Shown: positions 11,469-24,438 of the stretch, piece by piece
How positions within the stretch are numbered: position 1 is the stretch's first letter
Layout of the letters: the number at the start of each line of letters is the position of its first letter
Assembly: GCF_001194135.2 (NCBI RefSeq)
Contig: NC_068993.1
Span: 59,432,935-59,496,934 of the forward strand
Direction: 5' to 3'
DNA: 64,000 nt
Source of the DNA: Octopus bimaculoides
Taxonomy: Eukaryota
Position numbers and translations under genes: made by a program
The notes under the pieces: model-generated
The model's input: the letters and a program-made list of their open reading frames with translations, nothing else
Told to the model about the DNA's origin: nothing
The model's database searches: none

Positions 11469-11984
11469 ATACATGTAAGTTTTTTTTAAAAATCTTTTAT
11501 AAACACTCAGTAATGTGAAATGTTAAGGTTATAAACTACAACATTTCTATTTGTTACATATTGGTTTAACCACTAATTCGATGACTGGCACCCGTGCCAG
11601 TGGAGCGCTAACAGCACTATCCGAGCGGGATCACTGCCGGAGTGGTTGGTGTTAGGAAGAGCATCCAGCTGTAGAAACTCTGCCAGATCAGATTGGAGTC
11701 TGGTGCAGCCATCTGGTTCGCCAGTACCCACTCGAATTGTCCAACCCATGCTAGCTGGAAAGTGGACGTTAAATGATGATGATTGCCAGTCATCCGATCA
11801 TGATCATTATGAATGTACACAGATGCACATATCGATAAATAGCATTAAATAAATACGGTACAAATATTTTGTAACTGAAAGGCCATTGTTTTGACATCAA
11901 TAAATTGGAGTGCCATTATAATTGTATAATGTACTTTTCTGGAAACTGTTGTTTTTTTTTGTTTTTTTCTATCATTTTACCATG

Positions 11985-12240
11985 CATCAGGCATTGAGCA
12001 TTATTTACATTTGACAGATATTTGTCCTCATCTTGTTTGTTGTTTACACAATGTTTCAGCTGATATACCCTCCAGCCTTCTTCAGGTGTCTTGGGGAAAT
12101 TTCGAACCTGGGTTCTCATTCCTAAGGTATTTTTCGATGTTATTATTATTATTATTCAGGTCACTGCCTGGAATTGAACTCGGAATCTTGGGCTTAGTAG
12201 CCCGCATTCTTAACCACTACGCCATATGCCTGTGGGCAAT
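11985..12240 (-). mobile_element. tRNA-head SINE with (AAT)n linker
   Basis: Minus strand starts ggcatatggcgtagtggttaagaatgcgggctactaagcccaagattccgagttcaattccagg (A and B boxes), followed by (AAT)n and a body. Confidence 0.65.
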
Positions 12241-13917
12241 TATGGAGTGAATTTTAGGGCTTATAAATCTAATATTCTCCTATCCTTCTTTAATACCAGT
12301 TCCCATATGTTACTCATATCTGCACTCAGTCTGCTTAGGAGGTTGTTGTGTCCTAGCATATGCACTGCTTCCCTCACTCTTCACGCTAAAAGATGAAACA
12401 TAAAACTGGCTTCAGTGAGATTTGAACTCGGGATGTAAAGAGCTGAAATACTATAAAGCGTTTGATCTGATGCACTAACAAGTGTACCGAGCCCCAGCCC
12501 TTTAGTAATAAGGGATCATAAAATAGGGTGAGATTCCGTCACAACCAGAAAGATGCATGCTAAGCATGAGAGGTTTTGTGTGAACTGTGCTGTTGTTAAC
12601 ACACACACACACACGATGATGGGGTGTATTTACATACAACAAATGCTTTAAGACTGCAATAAAATAGGACAAACGATCAGCATATAATCAAACATTCAGC
12701 TGGTTGGAGAGGTGATGATCTTGAAAAGCACTGTGTCCAAGCCTCTTGATGTCCTACATTCATTGGAATGAACTTCTACTCTGTCCAGCATTCAGCTGTA
12801 TTGGTTTCCTGAAAATACTTCTGATTTTAAACCCCTAAATTTTCACATGCTATGATGAAATGTAGAGCAACAGTCTGTCAATTGATTAAATGTCTTTTTG
12901 TTTTTTATGACCATGTCACCAAATGCAGGCAATCACAAAGTACAAAACATTTTCTCTTTAGTTTTCTAATATCCTTTCCCCAACGAAAAGGTTGATTGAC
13001 AAAGTTATTATGAATGAAACTGCTTCAAAATGGTCCTTCAGAAGGTATAGTAAGGTTTCACAAAGTAAATCTTACAGAATTAAGGTTCCACATGGGAAAA
13101 TATACAGCTTTTGGTGGAGATAACACAAATACAAATTATGGAGAATGTTTGTGCAGAAGTGTGAAATAATGTTGATTCAAAATTGAAACCAAACAATATT
13201 TAACATAAAATTGTGTCAATAAATTATATAAATGGTGAAAATCAGATGAGAAAATATGCAACTTTCAACATACATTCATCAAGGTAGTGACGTTTGTACA
13301 TAATTTAAAGTTGAATCACAAGACTTGGTTAGAGGCTCCAAATAAAAAATAGAAGAAGAATTTCAGAGTAAACCAATTTTATTTACATTTCAAATTCTTA
13401 TGAATATTCAGAAAGAATGATGCAGTTGGAACTCTGGAAATTCNNNNNNNNNNNNNNNNNNNNNNNNNNNNNNNNNNNNNNNNNNNNNNNNNNNNNNNNN
13501 NNNNNNNNNNNNNNNNNNNNNNNNNNNNNNNNNNNNNNNNNNNNNNNNNNNNNNNNNNNNNNNNNNNNNNNNNNNNNNNNNNNNNNNNNNNNNNNNNNNN
13601 NNNNNNNNNTGAAATTATAGATATTAATAATAGAATTAGTCTCTTGATAGAATAAATATAATAAATATAAAACAAAACATCTGAATGTATACACTATACA
13701 TGCCAAAATACCATTTATCTCCTTAAAGTGAGGTGAAATACTCTAGTTTATGGTTTGTATATATTTAGCATCACACACTGATATGAATACAAACATATAG
13801 AAAACTTTTTAGTGAGCACGATTACTACAAATATCAGTGATGTGGGTTTTTTTTTGTTGCATTTAAGAATATATATTTGATTACTACAATCAAAAGGTTG
13901 AGAGAATGACATAGTTT

Positions 13918-15030
13918 CTATACTGTACAAATACATTTGTGCTTAATTAAACGGTTACTGTGGGAGAAGGAGATACCACAGCTGTCACAATGATATGGTT
14001 TATCCCCAGTATGAATACGTTTATGGACAGTTAAAGCAGTACTTTGGGAGAAGGATTTACCACAGATATCACACTGATATGGTTTTTCTCCAGTATGAAT
14101 ACGCTTGTGTCTCTGTAACTCAGGATTTCGATAAAATGCTTTACCACAGATATCACAATGAAATCGTTTTTCTCCAGTATGAATGCGTTTATGAGCAGTC
14201 AAGCCACTATTTCGTGGGAATGATTTACCACAGATATCACATCTATATGGTTTCTCTCCTGTATGAACATGTTTGTGAATAGTTAACTCATCATTTCGAG
14301 AGAATGATTTGTCACAGACATCACAGCAATAGGGCGTTTCCCCAGTATGAATACGTTTGTGTCTAGTTAATTGATAATTTAGATTGAATGATCTACCACA
14401 GAAATCACACTGATATGTTTTTTCTCCAGTATGAATGCGTTTGTGAGCAGTCAAGTCACTATTCCGAGGGAATGATTTACCACAGAAATCACACCAATAT
14501 GGTTTCTCTCCTGAATGAACATGCTTGTGAGCAGTTAACTGATCATTTCGTGGGAATGTTTTATCACAGATATTACAGTGATAGGGCTTTTCTCCCGTAT
14601 GAACACGTTTGTGTTTAGTTAGCTGATTACTTTGATTGAATGATCTACCACAGAAATCACAATGATATGGTTTTTCTCCAGTATGAATGCGTTTGTGATC
14701 AGCTAAGTTAGAACGTTTAGAGAAGGATTTAGTACACATATCACACCGATATGGTTTCTCTCCTGTGTGAATACGCCAGTGTTCTGTAAAAATATCTTTA
14801 CGAATGAAAGCTTGACCACAGATTTCACATCGATATGGTTTCTCTCCTGTATGGTGACGTTTATGAATAAGTAGCTCATCAGTTCGAGAGAAGGGTCTAC
14901 CACAGATATCACAGTGATATGGTTTCTCTCCCGTATGAATACGCCTATGAGTTGTCAGAAGACTTTTTGTAGTCAATGATTTTTCACAAATATCACACTG
15001 ATACAAAGTATTTCCTGAGTTTTTCGCCAT
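13918..15030 (-). CDS. C2H2 zinc-finger protein ZNF-1 (370 aa, 13 fingers, last is C2HC)
   Basis: Uninterrupted ORF of 28-aa CxxC…HxxxH repeats with TGEKPY linkers; no effector domain. Confidence 0.95.
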   Translation of the reverse strand: MAKNSGNTLYQCDICEKSLTTKSLLTTHRRIHTGEKPYHCDICGRPFSRTDELLIHKRHHTGEKPYRCEICGQAFIRKDIFTEHWRIHTGEKPYRCDMCTKSFSKRSNLADHKRIHTGEKPYHCDFCGRSFNQSNQLTKHKRVHTGEKPYHCNICDKTFPRNDQLTAHKHVHSGEKPYWCDFCGKSFPRNSDLTAHKRIHTGEKTYQCDFCGRSFNLNYQLTRHKRIHTGETPYCCDVCDKSFSRNDELTIHKHVHTGEKPYRCDICGKSFPRNSGLTAHKRIHTGEKRFHCDICGKAFYRNPELQRHKRIHTGEKPYQCDICGKSFSQSTALTVHKRIHTGDKPYHCDSCGISFSHSNRLIKHKCICTV

Positions 15031-15283
15031 TTCTTCGGAACAAAAAGAAAACCAAAATCAATCTTTTAACTCATTTCACCATCATTTTCCTTCTTTCTCC
15101 ACAATATATGGATATTTCACCTGCTTTTCTTTTTATAATTTATATGTAACAAATATTCTTTAAAATATATTTCCATCACCTCTGACCTTTACAAATATCT
15201 GAAGATGTTGAAAAATCCTTTATAGATATATCCATTTAGAATGCAGAATTATCTTGTTTTTTTTTTTCCAGACAGTGACTTAC

Positions 15284-15456
15284 ACAAATATTTCCTAATA
15301 ATCTTGCCTAGAATCAAAGAAATTCCCCATAATTTTCCTGACTATATAAATATTATTACATTTATTCTGTATAACATCCTTTGTCTTCAAAACATTATAA
15401 ATATTGATGATGCTTCTGATGTAAAATAATTTAATGATACCAATTTCATCAAGGAC
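15284..15456 (-). other. Predicted non-coding exon 2 of ZNF-1
   Basis: Conserved acceptor tcatttcAG|gtcc and donor atttgt|GTAAGT; the 251-nt intron ends at ccgaAG two nt before the ATG. Homologous elements occur in the other units. Confidence 0.6.
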
Positions 15457-15947
15457 CTGAAATGATAGAGAAACAGAATAAGATATAAAGAATAATTAAA
15501 CTGTAGAGAATCACCAAAAATTCACATTTCTATGGTGATAAATTGTAGAATACAACTCAACTTATCCAGATTATCACATTATTTCAAACATAACAGAGCA
15601 GAGACATGCATATAATAGAGATACATATTATATCATGCCACAGAAAAGAAATGTCTCCTTGTCTTGACATTGTTTGATCGTTGGAAGCAAGTATCACCAT
15701 CAAGCAAAAAACATCATTTGTTTCTAGTTTTCCATAAATACATCTCTGACCAACAAACATCATTACTTTACTGGGAAACATGAGGATTGGTGACAGAAAG
15801 GGTCAGGTAAAAAATCCGTCCAATGTATAATGTCTATACAAGCATGGAAAGGAGAACATTAAAATGAAGAAATGAAGACATATTCGATATATAGAAAAGG
15901 AGTAGGTAGGAATTGTATCCAGTGTATTGCAGGGATGGGGGAAGGGG

Positions 15948-15995
<48 letters not shown>

Positions 15996-16289
15996 TTAAA
16001 GAAAGAAATGAAATACTGAAAACGGCAGAGTTTCGAAATAGCAATCAGTTTTATTAGCAATCAAAACAACAATCAGCACGATTAGCAATCGAGAAGGAAA
16101 AGGACACTCAGTTAGGTGTTGAAATATTAGAAAAAAGGAAAAAATTCTGAAACCTGTGGATAAAACTTTTTTCTGTATCGTAATTCAAAGAATTGGGAGA
16201 CTTTTCAATTAGTATTCTTGTGTTTTCCCGAAGAGATATTCCGAAAATCTGTTTTTTAAATATTGTAAATAGTTTAAGCATGATAAATA

Positions 16290-16480
16290 CTCACTTCTAC
16301 CTGTCTTTTCTGTATCGTTGACACAGAGAAGATCATCCGAGGAAATCGTTACGGTGGATTGTTTGAGGAAAAGAGGAAAACCAAGAAAGACTTTTTTTTA
16401 TAATAAATATAAATGGAACAATGATAAACTTAGAAATTTATTGCTAACCACAGTTTCGTAGCCATTCCGATAAAAGTACG
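16290..16480 (-). promoter_or_regulatory. Predicted promoter / non-coding exon 1 module of ZNF-1 (donor GTGAGT at 16294)
   Basis: CpG-enriched block with a conserved agaa|GTGAGTAT donor; homologous blocks at 21545-21740 and 25343-25500. Confidence 0.55.
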
Positions 16481-16729
16481 ATTTGACCAGAATTTTTAGG
16501 TGATAAAAAGTAAAAAATACATAAAACTTAAATGCAGTATAGCTAAGATGTTAATAGAACATCGTTATTCTCTTCAATCCTGGCTTTACCTGGGCTAAAC
16601 AACTAGAGGACTAGAAATAACGACTGATTTCCCTCAAATTACACCGTTCAGTCTTGAACCAGAACACTACACTCCAATTTTAGAATATGTATTGACGAAG
16701 CTTGCGCGAAATGGAAGACTATATTCCAT

Positions 16730-17390
16730 AATGTATAGGGTTGGGACAAATGTTCGTAACATTTTTTCAATTGATGATTTCGTTTCTCCCGTGTCAGAAG
16801 CATATTTCACATATATTTTCTTAAAGGCAACATTTCAACACGTCTTTCTTTACGATTAATTTGTGGCTAGTTTGCTTTTACTGCTTTTACATTAAAAGTG
16901 AAAATGATGGAAAATGCGTTACATTTCCGTCATTTGATACTCTATTATATCTCCATAGGTAAAAAAAGATATATGCAGTTTATAAAGTTAGTGCTTTGTC
17001 AGACAGCAAATTAACAAATATGTCGGCAGACAGGAACCACTCATGGTGCAGGTATGGTCATATATCCTGTCACAACTTTCTGTCCAAAGCCATCCTTCTA
17101 GGCACAGTTGAGGAAGGGTGAAAGAGAGGCAGACAGAGAAAATTTCTAGTTTGACAACATTAAGGACTGGACAGATCACAACACCGTGATCCTGCTACAC
17201 ATGACAGAGAACAGTGTTAAGCCGCAACAGGTGACTGTAATAGTGTCCAGCGTGGCACACCAGTTAAGAGAACTTAGTGATGCCATAGCTGAGAGGACTA
17301 TTTGTAAGTGGTTAGCTAGGTTTAGGAGTGAAAAGTTTGATCTGATAAACAATGAACATTCTGGCAAGATTACAGTCCAAATGACCAGGA
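16730..17390 (+). mobile_element. Mariner-like transposon 5' remnant
   Basis: MENALHFRHLILYY near 16906 and AERTICKWLARFRSEKFDLINNEHSGK (17186..17395) match the mariner N-terminal HTH. A paralogous remnant is at 22500-22790. Confidence 0.7.
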
Positions 17391-18353
17391 TGTAACACTC
17401 ATCAAAAATAATTCAGGACACGAGACATATTCCACATATCCCATATGAGTTTGATACAGCAATAAAACATACTTGGATGTGTGAATCGCTATAAAGTTTG
17501 TGGGGCCTCATAATTTAATAGAAAAATTTTTAGTGGACCCCACTTCTCAGCTGAGAAGTGGGGTCCATTAAGGTTTCACATGGGAAAATGTACAGCTTTT
17601 GGTGGAGAAAACACAAATACAAATTATGGAGAATGTTTGTGCAGAAGTGTGAAATAATGTTGATTCAAAATTGAAACCAAACAATATTTAACATAAAATT
17701 GTGTCAATAAATTATATAAATGGTGAAAATCAGATGAGAAAATATGCAACTTTCAACATACATTCATCAAGGTAGTGACGTTTGTACATAATTTAAAGTT
17801 GAATCACAAGACTTGGTTAGAGGCTCCAAATAAAAAATAGAAGAAGAATTTCAGAGTAAACCAATTTTATTTACATTTCAAATTCTTATGAATATTCAGA
17901 AAGAATGATGCAGTTGGAACTCTGGAANNNNNNNNNNNNNNNNNNNNNNNNNNNNNNNNNNNNNNNNNNNNNNNNNNNNNNNNNNNNNNNNNNNNNNNNN
18001 NNNNNNNNNNNNNNNNNNNNNNNNNNNNNNNNNNNNNNNNNNNNNNNNNNNNNNAGATATTAATAATAGAATTAGTCTCTTGATAGAATAAATACAATAA
18101 ATATAAAACAAAACATCTGAATGTATACACTATACATGCCAAAATACCATTTATCTCCTTAAAGTGAGGTGAAATACTCTAGTTTATGGTTTGTATATAT
18201 TTAGCATCACACACTGATATGAATACAAACATATAGAAAACTTTTTAGTGAGCACGATTACTACAAATATCAGTGATGTGGGGTTTTTTTTGTTGCATTT
18301 AAGAATATATATTTGATTACTACAATCAAAAGGTTGAGAGAATGACATAGTTT

Positions 18354-19214
18354 CTATACTGTACAAATACATTTGTGCTTAATTAAACGGTTACTGTGGG
18401 AGAAGAATTTACCACAGCTTTCACAATGATATGGTTTTTCTTTAGTATGAATACGTTTATGGACAGTTACAGCAGTACTTTGGGAGAAGGATTTACCACA
18501 GATATTACACTGATATGGTTTTTCGCCAGTATGAATACGTTTGTGTCCCTTTAACACATTACTTTGATTAAATGCTTTACCACAGATATCACAATGAAAT
18601 CGTTTTTCTCCAGTATGAATGCGTTTATGAGCAGTCAAGCCACTATTTCGTGGGAATGATTTACCACAGAAATCACACCAATATGGTTTCTCTCCTGTAT
18701 GAACATGTTTGTGAATAGTTAACTCATCATTTCGAGAGAATGATTTGTCACAGATATCACAGTGAAAAGGTTTTTCTCCTGTATGAATACGTTTGTGTTT
18801 AATTAACTGGTTATTTTGATTGAATGATCTACCACAAAAATCACAATGATATGGTTTTTCTCCAGTATGAATGCGTTTGTGATCAGTTAAGTTAGTACTT
18901 TTAGAGAATGATTTACTGCACATATCACACTGATATGGTTTCTCTCCTGTGTGAATACGTCTGTGTGTAGTTAAAATATCTCTACGAGTGAAAGATTGAC
19001 CACAGATATCACATTCATATGGTTTCTCTCCTGTATGGACACGTTTGTGAATAGTTAGCTCATCAGTTCGAGAGAATGGTCTACCACAGATATCACAGTG
19101 ATATGGTTTCTGTCCCGTATGAATACGTATATGAGTTGTAAGATGACCTTTTGTAGTGAATGATTTTTCACAAATATCACACTGACATAAAGACTTTGCT
19201 AAGTTTTTTGCCAT
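18354..19214 (-). CDS. C2H2 zinc-finger protein ZNF-2 (286 aa, 10 fingers)
   Basis: Intact ORF with TGEKPY-linked fingers; C-terminus nearly identical to ZNF-1. Confidence 0.95.
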   Translation of the reverse strand: MAKNLAKSLCQCDICEKSFTTKGHLTTHIRIHTGQKPYHCDICGRPFSRTDELTIHKRVHTGEKPYECDICGQSFTRRDILTTHRRIHTGEKPYQCDMCSKSFSKSTNLTDHKRIHTGEKPYHCDFCGRSFNQNNQLIKHKRIHTGEKPFHCDICDKSFSRNDELTIHKHVHTGEKPYWCDFCGKSFPRNSGLTAHKRIHTGEKRFHCDICGKAFNQSNVLKGHKRIHTGEKPYQCNICGKSFSQSTAVTVHKRIHTKEKPYHCESCGKFFSHSNRLIKHKCICTV

Positions 19215-19799
19215 TTCTTAAGAACAAAAGAAAACCAAAATCAATCTTTTAAATCATTTCACCATCATTTTCCTTCTTTCTCCACAAAATATGGATATTT
19301 CACTTGCTTCTCTTTTTATAATTTATTTGTAACAAATATTCCTTAAATATATTTCCAATACCTGTGATTTTTAGAAACATCTGAAGATGTTCCAAAGTCT
19401 TTAATAAATTTATCTATTTAGAATGCAAAATTAGTTTGTACTTATTCCAGACAGTGACTTACACAAATGTTTTGTAATAATCTTGACTAGAATCAAAGAA
19501 ATTGCCCATAATTCTCCTGATTATATAAATATTATTATATTATTCTGTATAACATCCTTTGCCTTCAAAAACCAGTTTCATCAAGGACCTGAAATGATAG
19601 AGAAACAGTATAAGATATAAAGAATAATTAAACTGTAGAGAATCACCAAAAATTTACATTTCTATGGTGATAAATTTTAGAATACAACTCAACTGAGATG
19701 CTTTAAGTATCTAGGAGAATGGGATATGGGCTAATTGACTGCATAAGAGTATTTCATACCCAGTATCAGGCACAGCAGCATCACTGCCCTCAATTTTAA

Positions 19800-20170
19800 G
19801 AGAAAGATGATGCAAACATTGTATACGTTATATAGATTAGAAAGAAAGAGAGAGAGAGAGAGAGAGTTGTAGCAAAAGAGTTTACATAGAAGCAATGTAG
19901 AAGTATCTAGTGAGAAAAAAAGACGACTGTACTTAGCATTTGTTGAGCTAGAGAGGCGCTTTGATTGGAGTTTTGATCTGGTGGTCACTAAGTTTGGAAT
20001 AAATGAATGATGCTTTGTGAGAGCTGCTCAAACCATGTACAGAGGGGCTGTCAGCAAAGTGAGAGTTAATAAAGAGTATAGCTATGAATTCAGTGAGAAT
20101 GTGGGATTGCAACAAGACTCAGTCTCCTCAAATCCATTTTGTCCATTATAGTCCTTCAAGCCATTACACA
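19800..20170 (+). mobile_element. Old degraded RTE LINE RT remnant in ZNF-2 intron 1
   Basis: Translates to RLYLAFVELERRFDW…VRAAQTMYRGAVSKVRVNKEYSYEF; homologous remnants at 44390-44600 and 51520-51750. Confidence 0.7.
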
Positions 20171-20343
20171 CTTCAATACCGCCTGCTCGTGTGATCCCAT
20201 TAAAATTGTTCACAGACTTCTTATTGCAGAATTCATAGTAGAATTAGAAGAGAAATTCCATGCAATGATGTAAAGCTTTGAATCGAAAAACCTCCAGCTG
20301 AATTTAGCGAAGATCAAAGTCTTAGTAAATATAAAGAATATAA

Positions 20344-20610
20344 TATCTTGAGAGAAAAGCTGAACATTAGAAGCATCAGTTGTGGCGTGCAAGAGAGACG
20401 ATTGCGCTGGTATGGACATGTGGTGAGAATGGAGGAGGATAGCTGCGTGAAAAAGTGCCACACCCTAACAGTTGAGGGAACCCGTGGAAGAGGTAGGCCC
20501 AGGAAGACCTGGGCTGAGGTGGTGAGGCAAGACCTTCGTACATTGGGCCTCACCGAGGCGATGACTACTGACCGAGACCTTTGGAAATGTGCTGTGCGTG
20601 AGAAGACCCG
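20344..20610 (+). mobile_element. Young 5'-truncated RTE LINE 3' end (runs into N gap)
   Basis: LREKLNIRSISCGVQERRLRWYGHVVRMEEDSCVKKC…GRGRPRKTW is the RTE ORF2 C-terminus; nearly identical to 48670-48793. Confidence 0.9.
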
Positions 20611-21215
20611 NNNNNNNNNNNNNNNNNNNNNNNNNNNNNNNNNNNNNNNNNNNNNNNNNNNNNNNNNNNNNNNNNNNNNNNNNNNNNNNNNNNNNNNNNN
20701 NNNNNNNNNNNNNNNNNNNNNNNNNNNNNNNNNNNNNNNNNNNNNNNNNNNNNNNNNNNNNNNNNNNNNNNNNNNNNNNNNNNNNNNNNNNNNNNNNNNN
20801 NNNNNNNNNNNNNNNNNNNNNNNNNNNNNNNNNNNNNNNNNNNNNNNNNNNNNNNNNNNNNNNNNNNNNNNNNNNNNNNNNNNNNNNNNNNNNNNNNNNN
20901 NNNNNNNNNNNNNNNNNNNNNNNNNNNNNNNNNNNNNNNNNNNNNNNNNNNNNNNNNNNNNNNNNNNNNNNNNNNNNNNNNNNNNNNNNNNNNNNNNNNN
21001 NNNNNNNNNNNNNNNNNNNNNNNNNNNNNNNNNNNNNNNNNNNNNNNNNNNNNNNNNNNNNNNNNNNNNNNNNNNNNNNNNNNNNNNNNNNNNNNNNNNN
21101 NNNNNNNNNNNNNNNNNNNNNNNNNNNNNNNNNNNNNNNNNNNNNNNNNNNNNNNNNNNNNNNNNNNNNNNNNNNNNNNNNNNNNNNNNNNNNNNNNNNN
21201 NNNNNNNNNNNNNNN

Positions 21216-21261
<46 letters not shown>

Positions 21262-22499
21262 AAGAAATGAAATACTGAAAACGGCAGAGTTTCGAAATAG
21301 CAATCAGTTTAATTAACAATCAAAATAACAATCAGTACGATTTAGCAATCAAGATAGAAAAGAACACACAATTAGGGGTTAAAATATTAGAAGAGAGAAG
21401 ACAAAAAACTTTTTTCTGTATCGTAATTCAAAGAATTGGGAGACTTTTCAATTAGTCTTCTTATGTTTTGCTCTTTTCATTCCCGAAGAGGTTTTACGAA
21501 AATCTGTTTTGCAAATATTGTAAATAGTTTAAGCATGATAAATACTCACTTCTACTTTTCTTTTATGTATCGTTGACACAGTCGACTAATAGCATGAGAA
21601 GAAGATCATCCGAGGAAATCGTTACGGTGGATTGTTTAACGAAGGTGGAGAAATTAAGAAAGACATTGTTTATAATAAATAGAAAGGAAATATGGATTAA
21701 CTCAGAGATTTATTACTAACCTCAGTTTCGTAGCCATTCCGATAAAAGTACGATTTAACTAGTGTTTTTAGGTAATAAAAAGTAAAGAATAATTAAAACT
21801 TAAATGCAATATGACTTCAATCATGGCTTTATCTGGGCTAAACAACTATAGCAGCAATGTTCTTGCCCAGCACTCTAAAGATAGCGACTGAATTCCCTCA
21901 AATTACACCGTTTGGTCTTGAACCAGAGGATCTAGTCTTTCTCATTCACAAAATGAGCGCATACTTAATTTAGCTGAGATTGCTTTCAAATTTGGTGTAT
22001 CGATGCATCTCTGAATTTTGATTACGATCAACCGAATACTTTATCTCGTAAGTTAAAGAATCTGATGTTATTTGGAATTAAATTTGGGAAATTTGGGTAA
22101 TTTTAGCCAATCAACAGACAGCGTGGCATTAGCAGCTTGTTACCATGACAACAGCACGCTGTGTTGTCTGTATTGCTGTTGTCTATGCTGATTTTTCACA
22201 CTTGGTTCTTCACACCACGAGTTTCTTTTCATCCACGGGGTTTTGTTTTAATTTTTCTGTGTCTCAGTATATTACATATTTTTCTGTGTTAGTATTTTTA
22301 CCTATTTTTCATTTCGGATATCTTTGGGACTCATTGACTCAGCTGGATTTATGATTTCACGAGGTTAATTCTGTTCATAAAAATTTAAATTAGAAGTATC
22401 TTTTGAACCGTTAGCTTCACATTTCAACAGCTTAACTGAAATTTAGCCCACATAACAGGAACTGAGAGGGATATCGTGGAACAAAGAAACTGTGGGTTT

Positions 22500-22790
22500 T
22501 TTTTTTTTTTTTTCTTCACAGAGTTTACTTCTGTTTTTACATTAAAAATGAAAATGATGGAAAATGCAGTACATTTCCATCATTTGATGCTCTATTATAT
22601 CTGCAATGGTAAAAAAAAGATATATGTAGTTTATGGAGTTAGTGCTCTGTCAGGCAGCAAGTTAAATATGTTGGCAGACAGGAACCACTCATGGTGTAGG
22701 TATGGTCATATATCCTGCCATAACTTCTGTCCAAAGCCATACCGTGACCATGCTACACATGACAGAGCAACGTATTCAACAGCAACGGGT
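22500..22790 (+). mobile_element. Mariner-like 5' remnant (paralogue of the 16.9 kb copy)
   Basis: MKMMENAVHFHHLMLYY in ORF 22476..22823; DNA similarity to 16870-17100. Confidence 0.6.
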
Positions 22791-23649
22791 GACTGTAAAA
22801 GTTTGTGCAAAGGTTTGAAATAACGTTGATTCAAAATTGAAACAGATAATATTTAATATAAAACACTGTCAAAACTTTGAAGAAAATGGTAAAAATCAAA
22901 TTAGAAAATGTGCAACCTTCATCATACATAGATCAAGTTAGTGAATTCTATGCGTAATTTAGAGCTAAAATTAGTAAAAGACTTGATTGGATGTTCCAAA
23001 TATAAAAGAAGAGAAAAATGATTTAAGAGTAAACAAGTTTTATTTAGATTTCAAATCCTTACAAATATCCACAAAGATTGGTGCAGCCAGAACTCTGAAA
23101 TTTGAGATTTTCACTTGAAATGACAAAATGCATGAGATAATGTGGTCCACCACATTGTAGCACTGACAATGGCCATAAAAACATTGTTGGGGTTAATTCA
23201 AAGATTACTCCACACATTTTGTATTTAAGTAAAGTTTAATATTACAATGATACTTGCAAATTAAAATTTAGTTCTGCAAAAAAGTCATTAAGGAATCATA
23301 TTATAAATAAAATTATAGATATTACCAACAACAGAGTTAGTCCCTTGAGGGAATAAATACAAGAATACACCTGAATGCACATACTATACATATCAAAATA
23401 GATATACAATCCATTTATCTTGTTATAATGATGAAATACTGTAGCTTATGGCTTGTATATACTTATTTAGCATCACACATTGATATGAATATAAACATAT
23501 ATAATACTTTTTAGATGATTACTACAAATATCAGTGACCTGGTTTGTCTCCTTTCAAAATACAAACGTGACTGGTTGAGAGAATGACATAGTTTTATACA
23601 TTTGTGCTTAGTCAACTGATTACTGTGAGAGAATGATTTACCACAGTTG

Positions 23650-24438
23650 TCACAGTGATATTTCTCTGGTATGAACACGTTTATGTACAGTTACAGCAGT
23701 ACTTTTGGAAAAGGATTTACCACAGATATCACAATGATAGGGTTTTTCTCCAGTATGAATACGTTTATGTCCCTTTAAGATGTAACTTTGATTAAATGCT
23801 TTACCACAAATATCACAATGAAATGGTCTTTCTCCAGTGTGAGTGCGCTTGTGGGTAGTTAACTGATAATTTCGAGGGTATGATTTACCACAGGTATCAC
23901 ACTGATATGGGTTCTCACCTGTATGAATGTGTTTGTGGGCAATTAATTCAGCATTTCGAGAGAATGATTTGTCACAGATATCACAGTGATAGGGCTTTTC
24001 TCCTGTATGAATGCGTTTGTGCTTAATTAACTGGTTATTTTGATTGAATGATTTACCACAGAAATCACATTGGTATGGTTTTTCTCCAGTATGAATGCGT
24101 TTGTGATCAGTTAAGTTAGTACTTTTAGCGAATGACTTACTGCACATATCACACTGATATGGTTTCTCTCCTGTGTGAATACGTCTGTGTGTAGTTAAAA
24201 TATCTTTACGAGTGAATGATTGACCACAAATATCACATTCATATGGTTTCTCTCCTGTATGGACACGTTTGTGAATAGTTAGCTCACCAGTTCGAGAGAA
24301 TGCTTTACCACAGATATCACAGTGATATGGTTTCTCTCCTGTATGAATACGTACATGAGTAGTAAGATGACCTTTCGTAGTCAATGACTTTTCACAAATA
24401 TCACACTGATACAAAGTCTTTCCTGAGTTTTTTGCCAT
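23650..24438 (-). CDS. C2H2 zinc-finger protein ZNF-3 (262 aa from the MAK start, 9 fingers; 10th lost to frameshift)
   Basis: The paralogous start MAKNSGK is at 24438; the upstream in-frame codon at 24459 is probably not used. An out-of-frame vestigial finger [19 protein letters not shown] follows the stop. Confidence 0.92.
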   Translation of the reverse strand: MAKNSGKTLYQCDICEKSLTTKGHLTTHVRIHTGEKPYHCDICGKAFSRTGELTIHKRVHTGEKPYECDICGQSFTRKDILTTHRRIHTGEKPYQCDMCSKSFAKSTNLTDHKRIHTGEKPYQCDFCGKSFNQNNQLIKHKRIHTGEKPYHCDICDKSFSRNAELIAHKHIHTGENPYQCDTCGKSYPRNYQLTTHKRTHTGERPFHCDICGKAFNQSYILKGHKRIHTGEKPYHCDICGKSFSKSTAVTVHKRVHTREISL

